From: Fidelibacterota bacterium
GTDB taxonomy: Bacteria; Fidelibacterota; Marinisomatia; Marinisomatales; JAHJCW01
Length of the DNA: 64,000 nt
Direction: 5' to 3'
Assembly: GCA_042564205.1 (NCBI GenBank)
Contig: JBHPLN010000003.1
Coordinates: 20,290 to 84,289 of the forward strand
The notes under the pieces were generated by a model. That model ran no database searches, was not told where the DNA came from, and saw nothing but the letters and a program-made list of their open reading frames with translations. A program made the position numbers and the translations under genes. Below are positions 19,148 to 29,805 of this stretch, in pieces (within the stretch, counting starts at the first letter, position 1; every line of letters begins with the position of its first letter).

Positions 19148-22100
19148 TTATTTCTTTGCTGGCTCTAAATCAGAACGTTCTAAGAGTTCTCGTCCCATGA
19201 ATTTATTTGCAAACCTATTTTTCAGTACTCGTAGGTCACTCAAGCAATAAATTGCAGATGGAAGCATAAGCAATGTAATGATTGTTCCGAAAACTAATCC
19301 TGCTGCTACTGATAGAGCCATCGGTACTAACCATTGCCCCTGCTGACTTTTTTGTAAAATCAAAGGAGCTAAGCCAACTGTAGTAGTTAATGTCGTTAAG
19401 ACGATTGGTCTGAATCTTGTCATTCCAGCTTGATAAATTGAATCGCTGACTTTCCCACCTGCCTTAATCAATTTATTAAAGCGATCAATTAATATGATAG
19501 AATCATTAATAATAATACCAGCTAAAGCGACTATACCAAGGAAAGATAATATCGATACAGGTATTCCCATTATATAATGTCCAATCACTGCACCAATTAC
19601 GCCTAGTGGAATAAGTGATAATAATAATCCTGATTGTATGTATGATTTTAGTAGAAATACTAAAATAGTAAAAATTGCAATTGCAGCAAAAGTCATAGAA
19701 TATGTTATAGAATTTACCATCTTTACAGTGTATTCAGATTGTCCACCAGCGGTTTCGGTGACACCATCAACCTGGGATAAAACTCTTGGAATAATGGTAG
19801 AATTGAGTTCTCCTAATACTACTTGTAAATTGTTTTTCGAAAAATCCATATTTGCATTAACTCTAATCGAACGGAGTCTATTTTCGCGTCTGATGGTTCG
19901 TATTCCTCTTTCAATCTTGAATGTGGCAATTTCTTTGAATGCAATATATTCCCCCATTGGCGTTCTTATGCGCAAATTTTCAATTTGGCTAATCGATACC
20001 CTATTTTCTTTAGTGAAGCGTACCCAAATTCGAAGTTCGTCTCTTCCACGCTGCATGCGCATTATTTCTTGTCCAAAAAAACCTTGGCGTAATTGTGTTG
20101 TAACATCTCGCAGTGTAAAACCGAGTGCTTCTGCACGTGGTTTTAATGTGACTATAAATTCATTATTACCTAATGGTGTATCATCTCGAATATCTATTAA
20201 ACCATCAATTTGTTGAAGTTCTTCCTTTAATAAATTTTTAGCTTTTAAAAGTTGTGAATAATCTGTGCTCAATAATCTGACTGACACTGGACTGCCTCCA
20301 AATGACGCAGTTCGAATATTTACATTTTCAGCTTTAGGAATTGTACCAATATAGTCACTTAAATCGCTTAAAAAATCATTAACAGACCAATCACGTTGTG
20401 TGGCAGGAATTAAATCAAGAAAGATATTTATATCTCCTCTACCACCCCAAGACATATAATTCTCGATTGGATTAATACCGTTTTCTTCCTCCATTTTTTT
20501 TCCATAGGATAAAGCTTTTTCTACTACTTCCTTTCTTACCTCATCGGCGGCATTTGCAGAGGCGCCCGCGGGCATTTCTATTGCAATGCGAGCAAAGGGA
20601 AATTCCATTTCAGGAAAGAATTGCGCTCTAACATGTGCACCTTGAAATAATCCCATAATGAGTAAAGTAAGTGCGAGTGTTGAAGCAGAAACGCTCCATC
20701 GATTTCTTAAACAAAATTTTAAAAACCTACTGTATGTATCATCTGAAATGTTTTTCAAAAAGACGTCAAATTTATTTCTGAAATTAGCTAATGACGACTT
20801 CTTTTTAGCTTTAGCATCCAGGTCAAATTCAAGAGCTTTTGAGTGTTTCAAATGACCAGGTAAAATTATAGTAGCCTCGAGCAACGAGAAAGACACACTA
20901 GTTATGACTATGGCTCCAATCTGCCAGACATAGTCACCCAATCGACCATAAAAATAAAAATATGGTATAAAAGCAACTATTGTTGTTAGAATTGCAATTG
21001 AAACTGGTTTTATAACGTCTAAAGTACCGTCAACAGTGGCTTTGAATTTCTTTTTCCCTTTTTCTGCTTGAGAGAATATACTCTCACCAATTATTATTCC
21101 ATCATCTACTAATATTCCAACTACTAAAATCATTCCAAAAAGAGAAAATTCATTAATACTAATTCCTAACATCCATATTACGAAAAACATTCCAAGGAAT
21201 GATATTGGGATACTGAGTGCCACCCAGAAAGCCATCCGTAAATTCAAAAAGATGCCTAATAATAACATAATTAATGCAAATCCGATTAAACCGTTTTGAC
21301 CTAATAGACGCAATCGCTCTTGTAAATCATCGGTTTCTTTGATGAATGTTTCAAAAGTTATCAATCCAGCATATTTTTCGTTATACTGTTTAGCTATTCG
21401 CTCTGTTATTTCAACAATTTCAACAACATCTTCATAATTATTGTACATTACGTTGAACGTTACCGCCCGTCGATTATTAAACTCAGTGTAAAATTGGTTT
21501 TCAGGCCACTGTTCATTAATTGAGCAAATATCGACCAATTTTATTTTTGTACCATCGATTCCAGAAACAATTTCAATATCTTCGAATTCCTGTGATTGGT
21601 ATTTTTTACCGTAGGATCGAATAAGGATTTCCTCTTGTTCGGTTAACACAGAACCTGATGATATATTTAGGTTTGAATTGCGTACAGCACTCGCAATGTC
21701 ATTTATGGTAAGTTTGAATTTCTCTAAGACATCCGGTGCAATTTCGATTGATATTTCACGGTCAGGAAGACCCCAGGTCATTGTATTGGAAATCTTTCCG
21801 GTGCGTGTCAAATCATCACGGAATTCATCGATAATCTTTTTTGTAGTAAACAGATCATCAGGTCCGTAAACACTAAGGGAAATTGCTCTATTCCAAACCG
21901 TTTCTTGATAGATTATTGGCTTTTCAGCACCAACTGGATAAGAACTGATTGAATTTACCGAATTCTTAACCACTTGAATTGCCTTGTTCATATCATATTT
22001 ATCGTCAACTTCAACAGTTACTTCTCCGTAACTCTCATGAGATTGCGACCATATGTCTTTTAGACCTTCTAGACCTTTTAAAGCTTCTTCGATCTTGACC

Positions 22101-22294
22101 ATGATTCCCTCTTCAAGTTCTACCGGAGATGCTCCAGGCCAGGGAACTGCCACTGTTACATATGGTTGTTCAAATTTCGGATTAATTCGTTTTTGTAAAT
22201 TGAATAATGCAAACACTCCTGCGATACATATAACAAACATGATCCAATTACTAATGACTCTATGTTTTATGAAATATTCAATAAAATTTTTCAT
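19148..22294 (-). CDS. RND transporter permease subunit (AcrB family)
   Basis: 1048 aa, two TM blocks, GILVDDGIIIGE, GIIINDSII, RFRPIVLTTLTT. Confidence 0.95.
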   Translation of the reverse strand: MKNFIEYFIKHRVISNWIMFVICIAGVFALFNLQKRINPKFEQPYVTVAVPWPGASPVELEEGIMVKIEEALKGLEGLKDIWSQSHESYGEVTVEVDDKYDMNKAIQVVKNSVNSISSYPVGAEKPIIYQETVWNRAISLSVYGPDDLFTTKKIIDEFRDDLTRTGKISNTMTWGLPDREISIEIAPDVLEKFKLTINDIASAVRNSNLNISSGSVLTEQEEILIRSYGKKYQSQEFEDIEIVSGIDGTKIKLVDICSINEQWPENQFYTEFNNRRAVTFNVMYNNYEDVVEIVEITERIAKQYNEKYAGLITFETFIKETDDLQERLRLLGQNGLIGFALIMLLLGIFLNLRMAFWVALSIPISFLGMFFVIWMLGISINEFSLFGMILVVGILVDDGIIIGESIFSQAEKGKKKFKATVDGTLDVIKPVSIAILTTIVAFIPYFYFYGRLGDYVWQIGAIVITSVSFSLLEATIILPGHLKHSKALEFDLDAKAKKKSSLANFRNKFDVFLKNISDDTYSRFLKFCLRNRWSVSASTLALTLLIMGLFQGAHVRAQFFPEMEFPFARIAIEMPAGASANAADEVRKEVVEKALSYGKKMEEENGINPIENYMSWGGRGDINIFLDLIPATQRDWSVNDFLSDLSDYIGTIPKAENVNIRTASFGGSPVSVRLLSTDYSQLLKAKNLLKEELQQIDGLIDIRDDTPLGNNEFIVTLKPRAEALGFTLRDVTTQLRQGFFGQEIMRMQRGRDELRIWVRFTKENRVSISQIENLRIRTPMGEYIAFKEIATFKIERGIRTIRRENRLRSIRVNANMDFSKNNLQVVLGELNSTIIPRVLSQVDGVTETAGGQSEYTVKMVNSITYSMTFAAIAIFTILVFLLKSYIQSGLLLSLIPLGVIGAVIGHYIMGIPVSILSFLGIVALAGIIINDSIILIDRFNKLIKAGGKVSDSIYQAGMTRFRPIVLTTLTTTVGLAPLILQKSQQGQWLVPMALSVAAGLVFGTIITLLMLPSAIYCLSDLRVLKNRFANKFMGRELLERSDLEPAKK

Positions 22295-22304
22295 GTATTA
22301 TATC

Positions 22305-23489
22305 CTAATTAGCAATCAGTGAATCAATTTCAACTTTAACCTCATCGACATCTTCAATCAACATTCCGATAAGTGGTTTTTGTAGAATGGAAGTAACTAT
22401 TTTTGTACTATCACGGAGTGTTCTTTCGATTAATAAATTGTCTCCTTGAACGGAGACGATATTTACTCTAGCTCTTCCCAATCGGCTGCTATCATCGATA
22501 AAATACAAGTTGTTATCATTATCAATTATGTATCGTGGAATTTCTGCTACATTGGGTATTGTAGCACCTTCAATTAATACTCTAACATAATTCCCAGGGA
22601 ATAAATATTCGTTCATTGAATTATTAGTTAATGATACAAATACATTTATCGATTGTGAATTAGGATTTAATTGATTTTCTTTACGGTAAATGCTACCAGA
22701 AACCCAACTATCTTGATCATTTTTCCAATAAACTTTTACGTGTGGGCTATTATTAAAATCAATCCATTGAGCATCTTCGAGTAGAAGCGGTACAGATATT
22801 TCAATATCAGTAACATTCTGCAGACTTGCTATTTTTTGTCCAAAATTTATGTAGCTATCTTTTACAATCCCATTTGATGTTATATATCCGCTAAATGGAG
22901 CAACCATTATGTGTTTGGATAGAGTAATTTCGGAATTCTTTACTGCTAAATATTGAGTGAATATTTTGTGATTAATCGCCTGATTTTTTTCACGTACATT
23001 AGTTATTTCTGGTAACTCCATTATTGGGTTATTTATATCTAATCCATTTGAATATTTTAACCATTTTTGATGAAGTTCATCACTTTCACTATGTGCAAAA
23101 GCTAAAAATAAAGTAAGTAAACGTGTAAATTCAGTATATTGGGATTGGAATGTGTTCTCCGCTAATCGCTTATCAATTTTACAAATTACCTCGCCCTTAT
23201 TTACAAAAGTCCCGCTCTTTAAATCATTTTTAGCAAAGGTAACAATCCCCTGTACTTCAGAAATAATATCGATTGTCTTTTGAGCTACAATTGTCCCATT
23301 TCCCTCAATAATCACTGGGATATTACCATGTGTAAGTATTTGAGTTTCAACTTTTCGAACTTCTTGTATGACATCTCGTTTTTTTGTTTGTTTAGTTGAT
23401 GAACCTAAAAATCTCATTCCGACAAATCCAAAAGTCAGAATAATGAAAAACGATAATATTTTTATTATGTTACTTTTATTGAAACTCAT
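22305..23489 (-). CDS. RND periplasmic adaptor (membrane fusion protein)
   Basis: N-terminal anchor, lipoyl-like FVNKGEVI and APFSGYI; next to the RND gene; start MSFNK after AAGGAG. Confidence 0.88.
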   Translation of the reverse strand: MSFNKSNIIKILSFFIILTFGFVGMRFLGSSTKQTKKRDVIQEVRKVETQILTHGNIPVIIEGNGTIVAQKTIDIISEVQGIVTFAKNDLKSGTFVNKGEVICKIDKRLAENTFQSQYTEFTRLLTLFLAFAHSESDELHQKWLKYSNGLDINNPIMELPEITNVREKNQAINHKIFTQYLAVKNSEITLSKHIMVAPFSGYITSNGIVKDSYINFGQKIASLQNVTDIEISVPLLLEDAQWIDFNNSPHVKVYWKNDQDSWVSGSIYRKENQLNPNSQSINVFVSLTNNSMNEYLFPGNYVRVLIEGATIPNVAEIPRYIIDNDNNLYFIDDSSRLGRARVNIVSVQGDNLLIERTLRDSTKIVTSILQKPLIGMLIEDVDEVKVEIDSLIAN

Positions 23490-23866
23490 ATAACTCCTTA
23501 TATGGTTTAATTCAAAATTATTAGACGCCAATATTATTAAATAGATGTCAATTAAAATAATAATATAAAAGAGGAAAACGATATCTTAATAACAGGTTAA
23601 ATTGACTCGTTATTGGAGTTAGCGTATTATACTTATCACAATACGAGCAATAGAATTTCATTTTAAGATTTAGTAGGTTCTAGCTGTTTATTATGTAATT
23701 ATAGATCCAACCAATGAAGGCTGATCATAAAAGACCTACTATATTGGAATATTTATACATAAATGAAATTAGTTAGGATTTTATTATTCGATTTACAGCA
23801 AAATAATTATTACAATTTTATTTTTCAACTAATTAAGACTAGTCAGGATATACGAGGGAAATAATA

Positions 23867-24667
23867 GTGAAGCCTAAACCAATGTATTTTAAAAAAGTAA
23901 AATCAAAAATCCGCGCAACTTTGTATTACTCACGTCGCAGTTTAGTTTCCAAATCGTTTATACTTACTAAATGCGGTACAAAAAATCAATCAAACCGAGA
24001 TAATTGGGTACGCCACAGCCTCTCTCAATTAAAAAACGGATTAAAAATATTAGATGCTGGTGCTGGTCAAATGAGATACAAGGAATCGTGTACTCATTTA
24101 AAATATATTTCTCAGGATTTGGCCGAATATGACGGTGTTGGAGATTCAATAGGATTACAAAAACAAGCAATTCATGACTGGAACGTTGATATAATTTCCG
24201 ACATATCTGAGATACCTGAAGAAGATAACTCATACGACGCAATTCTCTGTACTGAAGTCTTTGAGCACATTCCTGATCCATTGAGAGTCTTACAGGAATT
24301 TTCAAGATTATTAAAGCCCGGAGGAGAATTAATTCTTACTGTTCCTGTATGTTCATTAACGCACCAATCGCCATATTACTACTATAACGGTTTTAGTAGG
24401 AATTTCTTCGAATATCATTTGCCCCAATGTGGATTTAATATAAAAGTATTAGATTATAATGGGAATTTCTTCGAATACGTTGCTCAAGAATTTAGGCGAA
24501 TTAAAACTACCGCACGTAAGTATTCAAAATTAGGAATTATTAGATGGATTATACTTACAGTGATTTCAGCACCTATATTGATTACCCTTAGTCGACTATC
24601 AAAAAAAGATGAGGGTTCACAGGAAATGTTATCACATGGTATACATGTTTTAGCAAATAAAATCTGA
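23867..24667 (+). CDS. Class I SAM-dependent methyltransferase
   Basis: ILDAGAG, YDAILCTEVFEHIPDP, RLLKPGG. Confidence 0.9.
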   Translation: MKPKPMYFKKVKSKIRATLYYSRRSLVSKSFILTKCGTKNQSNRDNWVRHSLSQLKNGLKILDAGAGQMRYKESCTHLKYISQDLAEYDGVGDSIGLQKQAIHDWNVDIISDISEIPEEDNSYDAILCTEVFEHIPDPLRVLQEFSRLLKPGGELILTVPVCSLTHQSPYYYYNGFSRNFFEYHLPQCGFNIKVLDYNGNFFEYVAQEFRRIKTTARKYSKLGIIRWIILTVISAPILITLSRLSKKDEGSQEMLSHGIHVLANKI

Positions 24668-24792
24668 TTAATTATAATCTAAAATGAACAACCAACGTAC
24701 ATTTGTCATAAATAGTCATATTTATAGCATTTTTATGTAAGAAAAAAGGGCAGTAAAAACTACTCTTTTTTATGTAGTTGTCATCAATCGGC

Positions 24793-24855
24793 GAGGAGTA
24801 CCCGAGGTCGGACTCGAACTGACACGCCTTTTAGGGGGCGAGGGATTATAAGTTC
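24793..24855 (-). repeat. Degenerate 3' half of tRNA-Leu(TAA), att-like copy 1
   Basis: Minus strand ACTTATAATCCCTC-variable arm-GTCAG TTCGAGT CCGAC CTCGGGT A CTCCTC; no D-arm or 5' acceptor strand. Confidence 0.85.
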
Positions 24856-25039
24856 TCTTCACATATCATCTGTTAATAATGTAGAGGTTTTAAACAAGTA
24901 CTTAAAGCGATATTACTTATATACCACAAAATCAGAGCTTTACTGTGGGAAAGCAGCCTTCGATGAGGAGTTACTTTCAGTATTAATTCAAAACACTATC
25001 TTATATTAGGCTTTCCATTAATATTTAAATGAAAGAAAA

Positions 25040-26032
25040 TTATTCAAATACATTATCTAGTCTAGGTTTACTTTTTACTATATCCTCAATTTTACTTATT
25101 AATTCATCAGTAAAGTCAATTGATTTATCAATAATACTCAGGTTATCTTTCAACTGGTCCAACCTTGAAGCCCCGAGTATAATCGTGCTAACATTTCTAT
25201 TTTTTGCACACCAAAATAACGCTAAATGATGTACTGATATATCAAGTTCTTGAGCAATTATTTTTAATTTTTCAGTTTTATCTATCTTAGCACGACCTTC
25301 AGGATTATCGAATTGATTCTTCAACCATTCGTAATTTTTAAGATTTAGTCTACTTTCCTTTGGAATACCATCTTTATATTTACCTGTTAATATCCCACTT
25401 GCTAATGGTGACCAGATAGTAGTTCCTAGTCCAAAATTATCATACAAAGGCAGATAGTCCTTTTCGACTTTTTCCCTCTGAAAAAAATTATATTCAGGTT
25501 GTTCCATTGTTGGAGGTGTTAAACCATATTCTTTAGCAATACAATGGGCTTCAGTTATTTGTTGTGCATTCCATTCGGATGTACCCCAATATAATATTTT
25601 CCCTTGAAGTATAAGATTATGCATTGCACGGACTGTTTCTTCTATTGGTGTATTCGGGTCAGGTCTATGACAGAAATATAAATCTAAATACTCTACTTGC
25701 AGTCTTCTTAAGGCAGCATTGCAAGCGTCTACTATATGTTTATTGCTTAATCCACGCTGAGTAGGTTTATCCCCTCCCCAAAATACTTTACTTGAAACAC
25801 AGTATGAATCGCGAGACCAGGCTAATTCCTTCAGTACTTTACCCATTACAACTTCAGAATCTCCCATCATATAAGCTTCAGCATTGTCAAAGAAATTGAT
25901 TCCATTGTCATATGCATATGTCATTAATTCTTTTGCCAACTTCACTTCAACCTGATTAGCGAATGTTACCCATGAACCATATGAATACAAGCTTAGTTTT
26001 AATCCTGAATTTCCTAGTCTTCTATATTCCAT
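25040..26032 (-). CDS. Aldo/keto reductase (Kv-beta-like)
   Basis: MEYRRLGNSGLK, FFDNAEAY, SSKVFWG, DLYFCHRPD, YWGTSEW, WSPLASG. Confidence 0.93.
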   Translation of the reverse strand: MEYRRLGNSGLKLSLYSYGSWVTFANQVEVKLAKELMTYAYDNGINFFDNAEAYMMGDSEVVMGKVLKELAWSRDSYCVSSKVFWGGDKPTQRGLSNKHIVDACNAALRRLQVEYLDLYFCHRPDPNTPIEETVRAMHNLILQGKILYWGTSEWNAQQITEAHCIAKEYGLTPPTMEQPEYNFFQREKVEKDYLPLYDNFGLGTTIWSPLASGILTGKYKDGIPKESRLNLKNYEWLKNQFDNPEGRAKIDKTEKLKIIAQELDISVHHLALFWCAKNRNVSTIILGASRLDQLKDNLSIIDKSIDFTDELISKIEDIVKSKPRLDNVFE

Positions 26033-26179
26033 TTTTGCTCCAAGTGATTTATTTTAATATCATGTTTCCTATTAATTTAACAAATTTAATTTGGCCTATA
26101 GTTATTTATAATTGAAGCATCTATCCAGTGTGGAAACCGATAACATCTTAAATAGACTTTTATGTTGTAGTCAATCTTT

Positions 26180-26236
26180 GAGGAGTACCCGGGGTCGGAC
26201 TCGAATCGACACGCCTTTAGGAACGTGGGATTTTAG
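26180..26236 (-). repeat. Degenerate 3' half of tRNA-Leu(TAA), att-like copy 2
   Basis: gaggagtacccggggtcggactcgaatcgacacgcctttaggaacgtgggattttag. Confidence 0.85.
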
Positions 26237-26387
26237 GCAAATTGTATTGAGTAATTATCTTTTTGTATAGCTACACTTACAGCATTTTGTGTTTTTCTTT
26301 TACCTGTTGTTGCAGCAGCAATATTATAATTAAAGTGCCATGTCAACAATCTGAATGAAGCTTTTAATTCTCATTTTTATTTTATAA

Positions 26388-27470
26388 TTATCTCTGCACC
26401 CTCGCAGATCCACCCTTAGCAAATTCTTCAACTTCAGGTAATTTTGCCATTGTTACATCACCAGGAAATGTAGTGGATAATGCACCATGAGCCCATCCTA
26501 ATCGTAGTGCTTCTTCTGGACTTCTTTCTGTTAACATTCCATAAATCAAACCAGATGCAAAACCATCACCACCGCCAATTCTGTCAAGGACTTTCAATTC
26601 ACAGGTAGGGCTAATATAATTTTTATTGTTATACCACAGAACAGATCCCCACTGATGGTGATTAGCAGTTTGCACTTTTCTGAGAGTAGTAGCTACCATC
26701 TTAATATTCGGAAATTCGTTTATAACATCGCCAATCATTTGGAAAAATATGTCAGTATCTAATTTTGACTTTTTCTCTACCTCGGGTCCTTTGATTCCTA
26801 ATCCAAGTTGCAAATCTTCTTCATTCCCAATAAGCACGTCTACATTTTTTACTATTTGTCTCAAACTTTTTTGAGCTTGCTTTAATCCTCCGATAGATTC
26901 CCAAAGTTTTGCTCGGTAGTTCAAGTCAAACGATGTAATTGATCCATGATCTTTTGCAACTTGCATAGCTTCTATGATTAATTTAGAAGTGGACTTAGAT
27001 AATGCTGCATATATACCACCCGAATGAAACCATCGAATTCCATGGTTAAAAATATCTTCCCAATCAAAATCACCAGGTTTTAACATTGCCCCTGCCTCAT
27101 TCGCACGATTATAAAAAACAACTGGTGGACGAATGCCGTACCCAAGATCACTATACACAGTAGCTATATTCGGTCCACGAGCACCATCGTGCTCAAACCA
27201 TTTATAAAAAGGTTTTACACCCATTTCTTTTACACGCGTTTGAACAAGTTCTCCAATACCATAATCGACCATTGCTGTTGCAATACCTGTTTTAAATCCA
27301 AAACAGTCAGCTAGATTGGCAGCAACATTGTATTCACCCCCTGAAACATGGATATTGACTGATCGTGCTTTTCTGAAGGGAATTCTACCTGGATCTAATC
27401 GATGAACTAATGATCCAAGTGAAAGAAAATCCAATAAATAGTTATCATTTTTAATTTTTAGTTTAGCCAT
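26388..27470 (-). CDS. PfkB-family sugar kinase (KdgK-like)
   Basis: SGGEYNVA, FDLNYRAKLW, GNEED, DRIGGGDGFASG. Confidence 0.88.
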   Translation of the reverse strand: MAKLKIKNDNYLLDFLSLGSLVHRLDPGRIPFRKARSVNIHVSGGEYNVAANLADCFGFKTGIATAMVDYGIGELVQTRVKEMGVKPFYKWFEHDGARGPNIATVYSDLGYGIRPPVVFYNRANEAGAMLKPGDFDWEDIFNHGIRWFHSGGIYAALSKSTSKLIIEAMQVAKDHGSITSFDLNYRAKLWESIGGLKQAQKSLRQIVKNVDVLIGNEEDLQLGLGIKGPEVEKKSKLDTDIFFQMIGDVINEFPNIKMVATTLRKVQTANHHQWGSVLWYNNKNYISPTCELKVLDRIGGGDGFASGLIYGMLTERSPEEALRLGWAHGALSTTFPGDVTMAKLPEVEEFAKGGSARVQR

Positions 27471-27553
27471 TATTTAATCCTTTTGTTTAAAACAATGATG
27501 TATTGTTCCTATTTTCGGGACATAGCGGATCGAATGATGATTTATACTCTTGA

Positions 27554-29005
27554 TTAAACTGAATACGTTGTCGAAGACGTATCTCCTCCGCGACCTGTCC
27601 AATTTGTATGAAAATATTCACCACGCGGTTTATCAACTCTTTCGTATGTATGTGCACCAAAATAGTCACGTTGTGCTTGTAATAAGTTGGCAGGTAATCG
27701 CTCAGAACGATATCCATCATAATATGCCAATGCTGAACAAATAGCTGGCATAGGAACACCAATCTTTACTGCATTCATTACAACTCGGCGCCACGCACCT
27801 TGAGCACCGATTACAGCGTCCCTAAAAAATGGATCCAATAACAAATTTTCAAGTCTTGGATTGATATCAAATGCTTCTTTTATTTTCCCCAAAAATATTG
27901 AACGAATTATACAACCACCACGCCACATTAGGGCAATGCCACCATTATTAAGATTCCAGCTATAACTTTTTGCAGCAGCTTGCATAAGTTGATATCCTTG
28001 TGCATACGATACAATTTTTGATGCATATAAGGCTTCTTCCAAATCGTCAATAATTTCATTTTTAAGACCTTCAAAATTAATTTTAGGTCCACTTAGTAAT
28101 TTGGAAGCCTTTACTCGTTCATTTTTAAGGGCAGAAAGACAGCGTGCAAAGACTGCTTCACCGATTAATGTTAGCGGCATACCTTCGTCTAAAGCTGCAA
28201 TTGCGGTCCATTTCCCGGTTCCTTTCTGTCCAGCTGTATCAAGAATTTGATCAATTGTAAAATTACCATCTTCGTCCTGGTAACCTAAAATATCTCGCGT
28301 GATTTCGATTAAGTAACTATTAAGTTTACCATTATTCCACCGATTGAATACTTCTGCCATTTCTGTATTTGACATACTCAGTCCATATTTCATCATTTGA
28401 TATGTTTCACAGATCATTTGCATGTCACCGTATTCAATACCATTATGCACCATTTTTACAAAATGCCCTGCACCATTTTCTCCTACCCATTCACAGCAAG
28501 GATCACCATCATCTGTATGAGCAGCTATTTTTTGGAATATATGTTTAACAAATGGCCACGCTTTTTTTGAACCACCGGGCATTATAGAAGGCCCCCTCAG
28601 TGCGCCTTCTTCTCCGCCGGAGACACCAGTCCCAATATATAATAATCCTTTACTCTCAACATATTTTGTACGTCTAATAGTATCCGGGAAATAACTATTC
28701 CCCCCATCAATAATAATATCACCATTCTCTAGATGCGAAATTAACATCTCAATGAAATCATCCACTGCTTTTCCCGCTTTTACAAGTAATATCACTTTTC
28801 TAGGTGTTTCTAGACTATCCACTAATTCTTTAATACTATAATATCCACTAATATTTTTACCTTTTGCTCTACCTTTAATAAAATTGTCAACTTTCGAGGT
28901 AGTGCGATTATAGACTGCAACAGAAAATCCCTTACTTTCTAGATTTAAAACTAAGTTTTCACCCATTACAGCCAATCCAATTAATCCAATCTGCGAATTA
29001 TTCAT
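27554..29005 (-). CDS. gnd: NADP-dependent 6-phosphogluconate dehydrogenase
   Basis: GLAVMG, YNRT, DGGNS, GVSGGEEGA, KMVHNGIEYGDMQ, QRDYFGAHT. Confidence 0.98.
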   Translation of the reverse strand: MNNSQIGLIGLAVMGENLVLNLESKGFSVAVYNRTTSKVDNFIKGRAKGKNISGYYSIKELVDSLETPRKVILLVKAGKAVDDFIEMLISHLENGDIIIDGGNSYFPDTIRRTKYVESKGLLYIGTGVSGGEEGALRGPSIMPGGSKKAWPFVKHIFQKIAAHTDDGDPCCEWVGENGAGHFVKMVHNGIEYGDMQMICETYQMMKYGLSMSNTEMAEVFNRWNNGKLNSYLIEITRDILGYQDEDGNFTIDQILDTAGQKGTGKWTAIAALDEGMPLTLIGEAVFARCLSALKNERVKASKLLSGPKINFEGLKNEIIDDLEEALYASKIVSYAQGYQLMQAAAKSYSWNLNNGGIALMWRGGCIIRSIFLGKIKEAFDINPRLENLLLDPFFRDAVIGAQGAWRRVVMNAVKIGVPMPAICSALAYYDGYRSERLPANLLQAQRDYFGAHTYERVDKPRGEYFHTNWTGRGGDTSSTTYSV

Positions 29006-29037
29006 ATAAATACCTCTTTTAAATATTCAGGAATTGC

Positions 29038-29802
29038 CTATACACAGGCAAGCATGCCACCATCAACATATACAAGATGACCGTTCACATAATCAGATGC
29101 ATGAGATGACAAGTAGATTAATGTGCCAACTAGTTCTTCCGGATCACCCCATCTATTTGCTGGTGTTCTATTACGCAACCATTTGTCAAATTCTTTATCC
29201 TCATATAAGCTTTGAGTCATTGCAGTCTTGAAATAACCTGGAGCTATCCCGTTAATTTGAATATTATATTTTCCCCAATCCGTTGCCATTCCTCTTGTTA
29301 GATTTCTCAAGCCCCCTTTTGTTGTAGTATATGGTGCGATTGACGGTCGAGCAAGCTCACTCTGCATAGAACAGATATTGATTATCTTTCCGGTTTTTCT
29401 TTCAATCATATTTTTAACAACAGATTTGGAAACGAGAAAAGCACCGGTTAGATTGATATCAATTAAACTCTGCCAATCAGTAAGTTTAAAATCTTCAAGC
29501 TGACCTCTAATTTGAATACCAGCATTATTTACCAGGATATCGATAGTACCTACGGCTTTTTCAATATTGTCTATGCTAGTTTTAATTTGATCTTCATCAC
29601 GTACATCGAATACAACGCCGTGAGCATTAAATCCTTCCTTTTTCAACTTGTCGACTGTCTTATTAAGTCTATTTTCAATAATATCATTTAAAATGACTGT
29701 ACACCCAGCGTCGGCTAAGCCTTTTGCAAGTATATACCCGATCCCTTGTCCAGAACCAGTTACTAAAGCAATCTTGCCTGATATATCAAATAAGTTATTC
29801 AT
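29038..29802 (-). CDS. SDR, gluconate 5-dehydrogenase (IdnO)-like
   Basis: TGSGQGIG, NNAGIQIR, NICSMQSELARPSIAPYTTTK, NGIAPGYFKT, RTPANRWG. Confidence 0.85.
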   Translation of the reverse strand: MNNLFDISGKIALVTGSGQGIGYILAKGLADAGCTVILNDIIENRLNKTVDKLKKEGFNAHGVVFDVRDEDQIKTSIDNIEKAVGTIDILVNNAGIQIRGQLEDFKLTDWQSLIDINLTGAFLVSKSVVKNMIERKTGKIINICSMQSELARPSIAPYTTTKGGLRNLTRGMATDWGKYNIQINGIAPGYFKTAMTQSLYEDKEFDKWLRNRTPANRWGDPEELVGTLIYLSSHASDYVNGHLVYVDGGMLACV

Positions 29803-29805
29803 TAC

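Noticed and set aside
19638-20216. 192 aa plus-strand ORF and other short ORFs opposite large genes
   Set aside because: Shadow frames antisense to well-supported CDSs, with no recognisable motifs.
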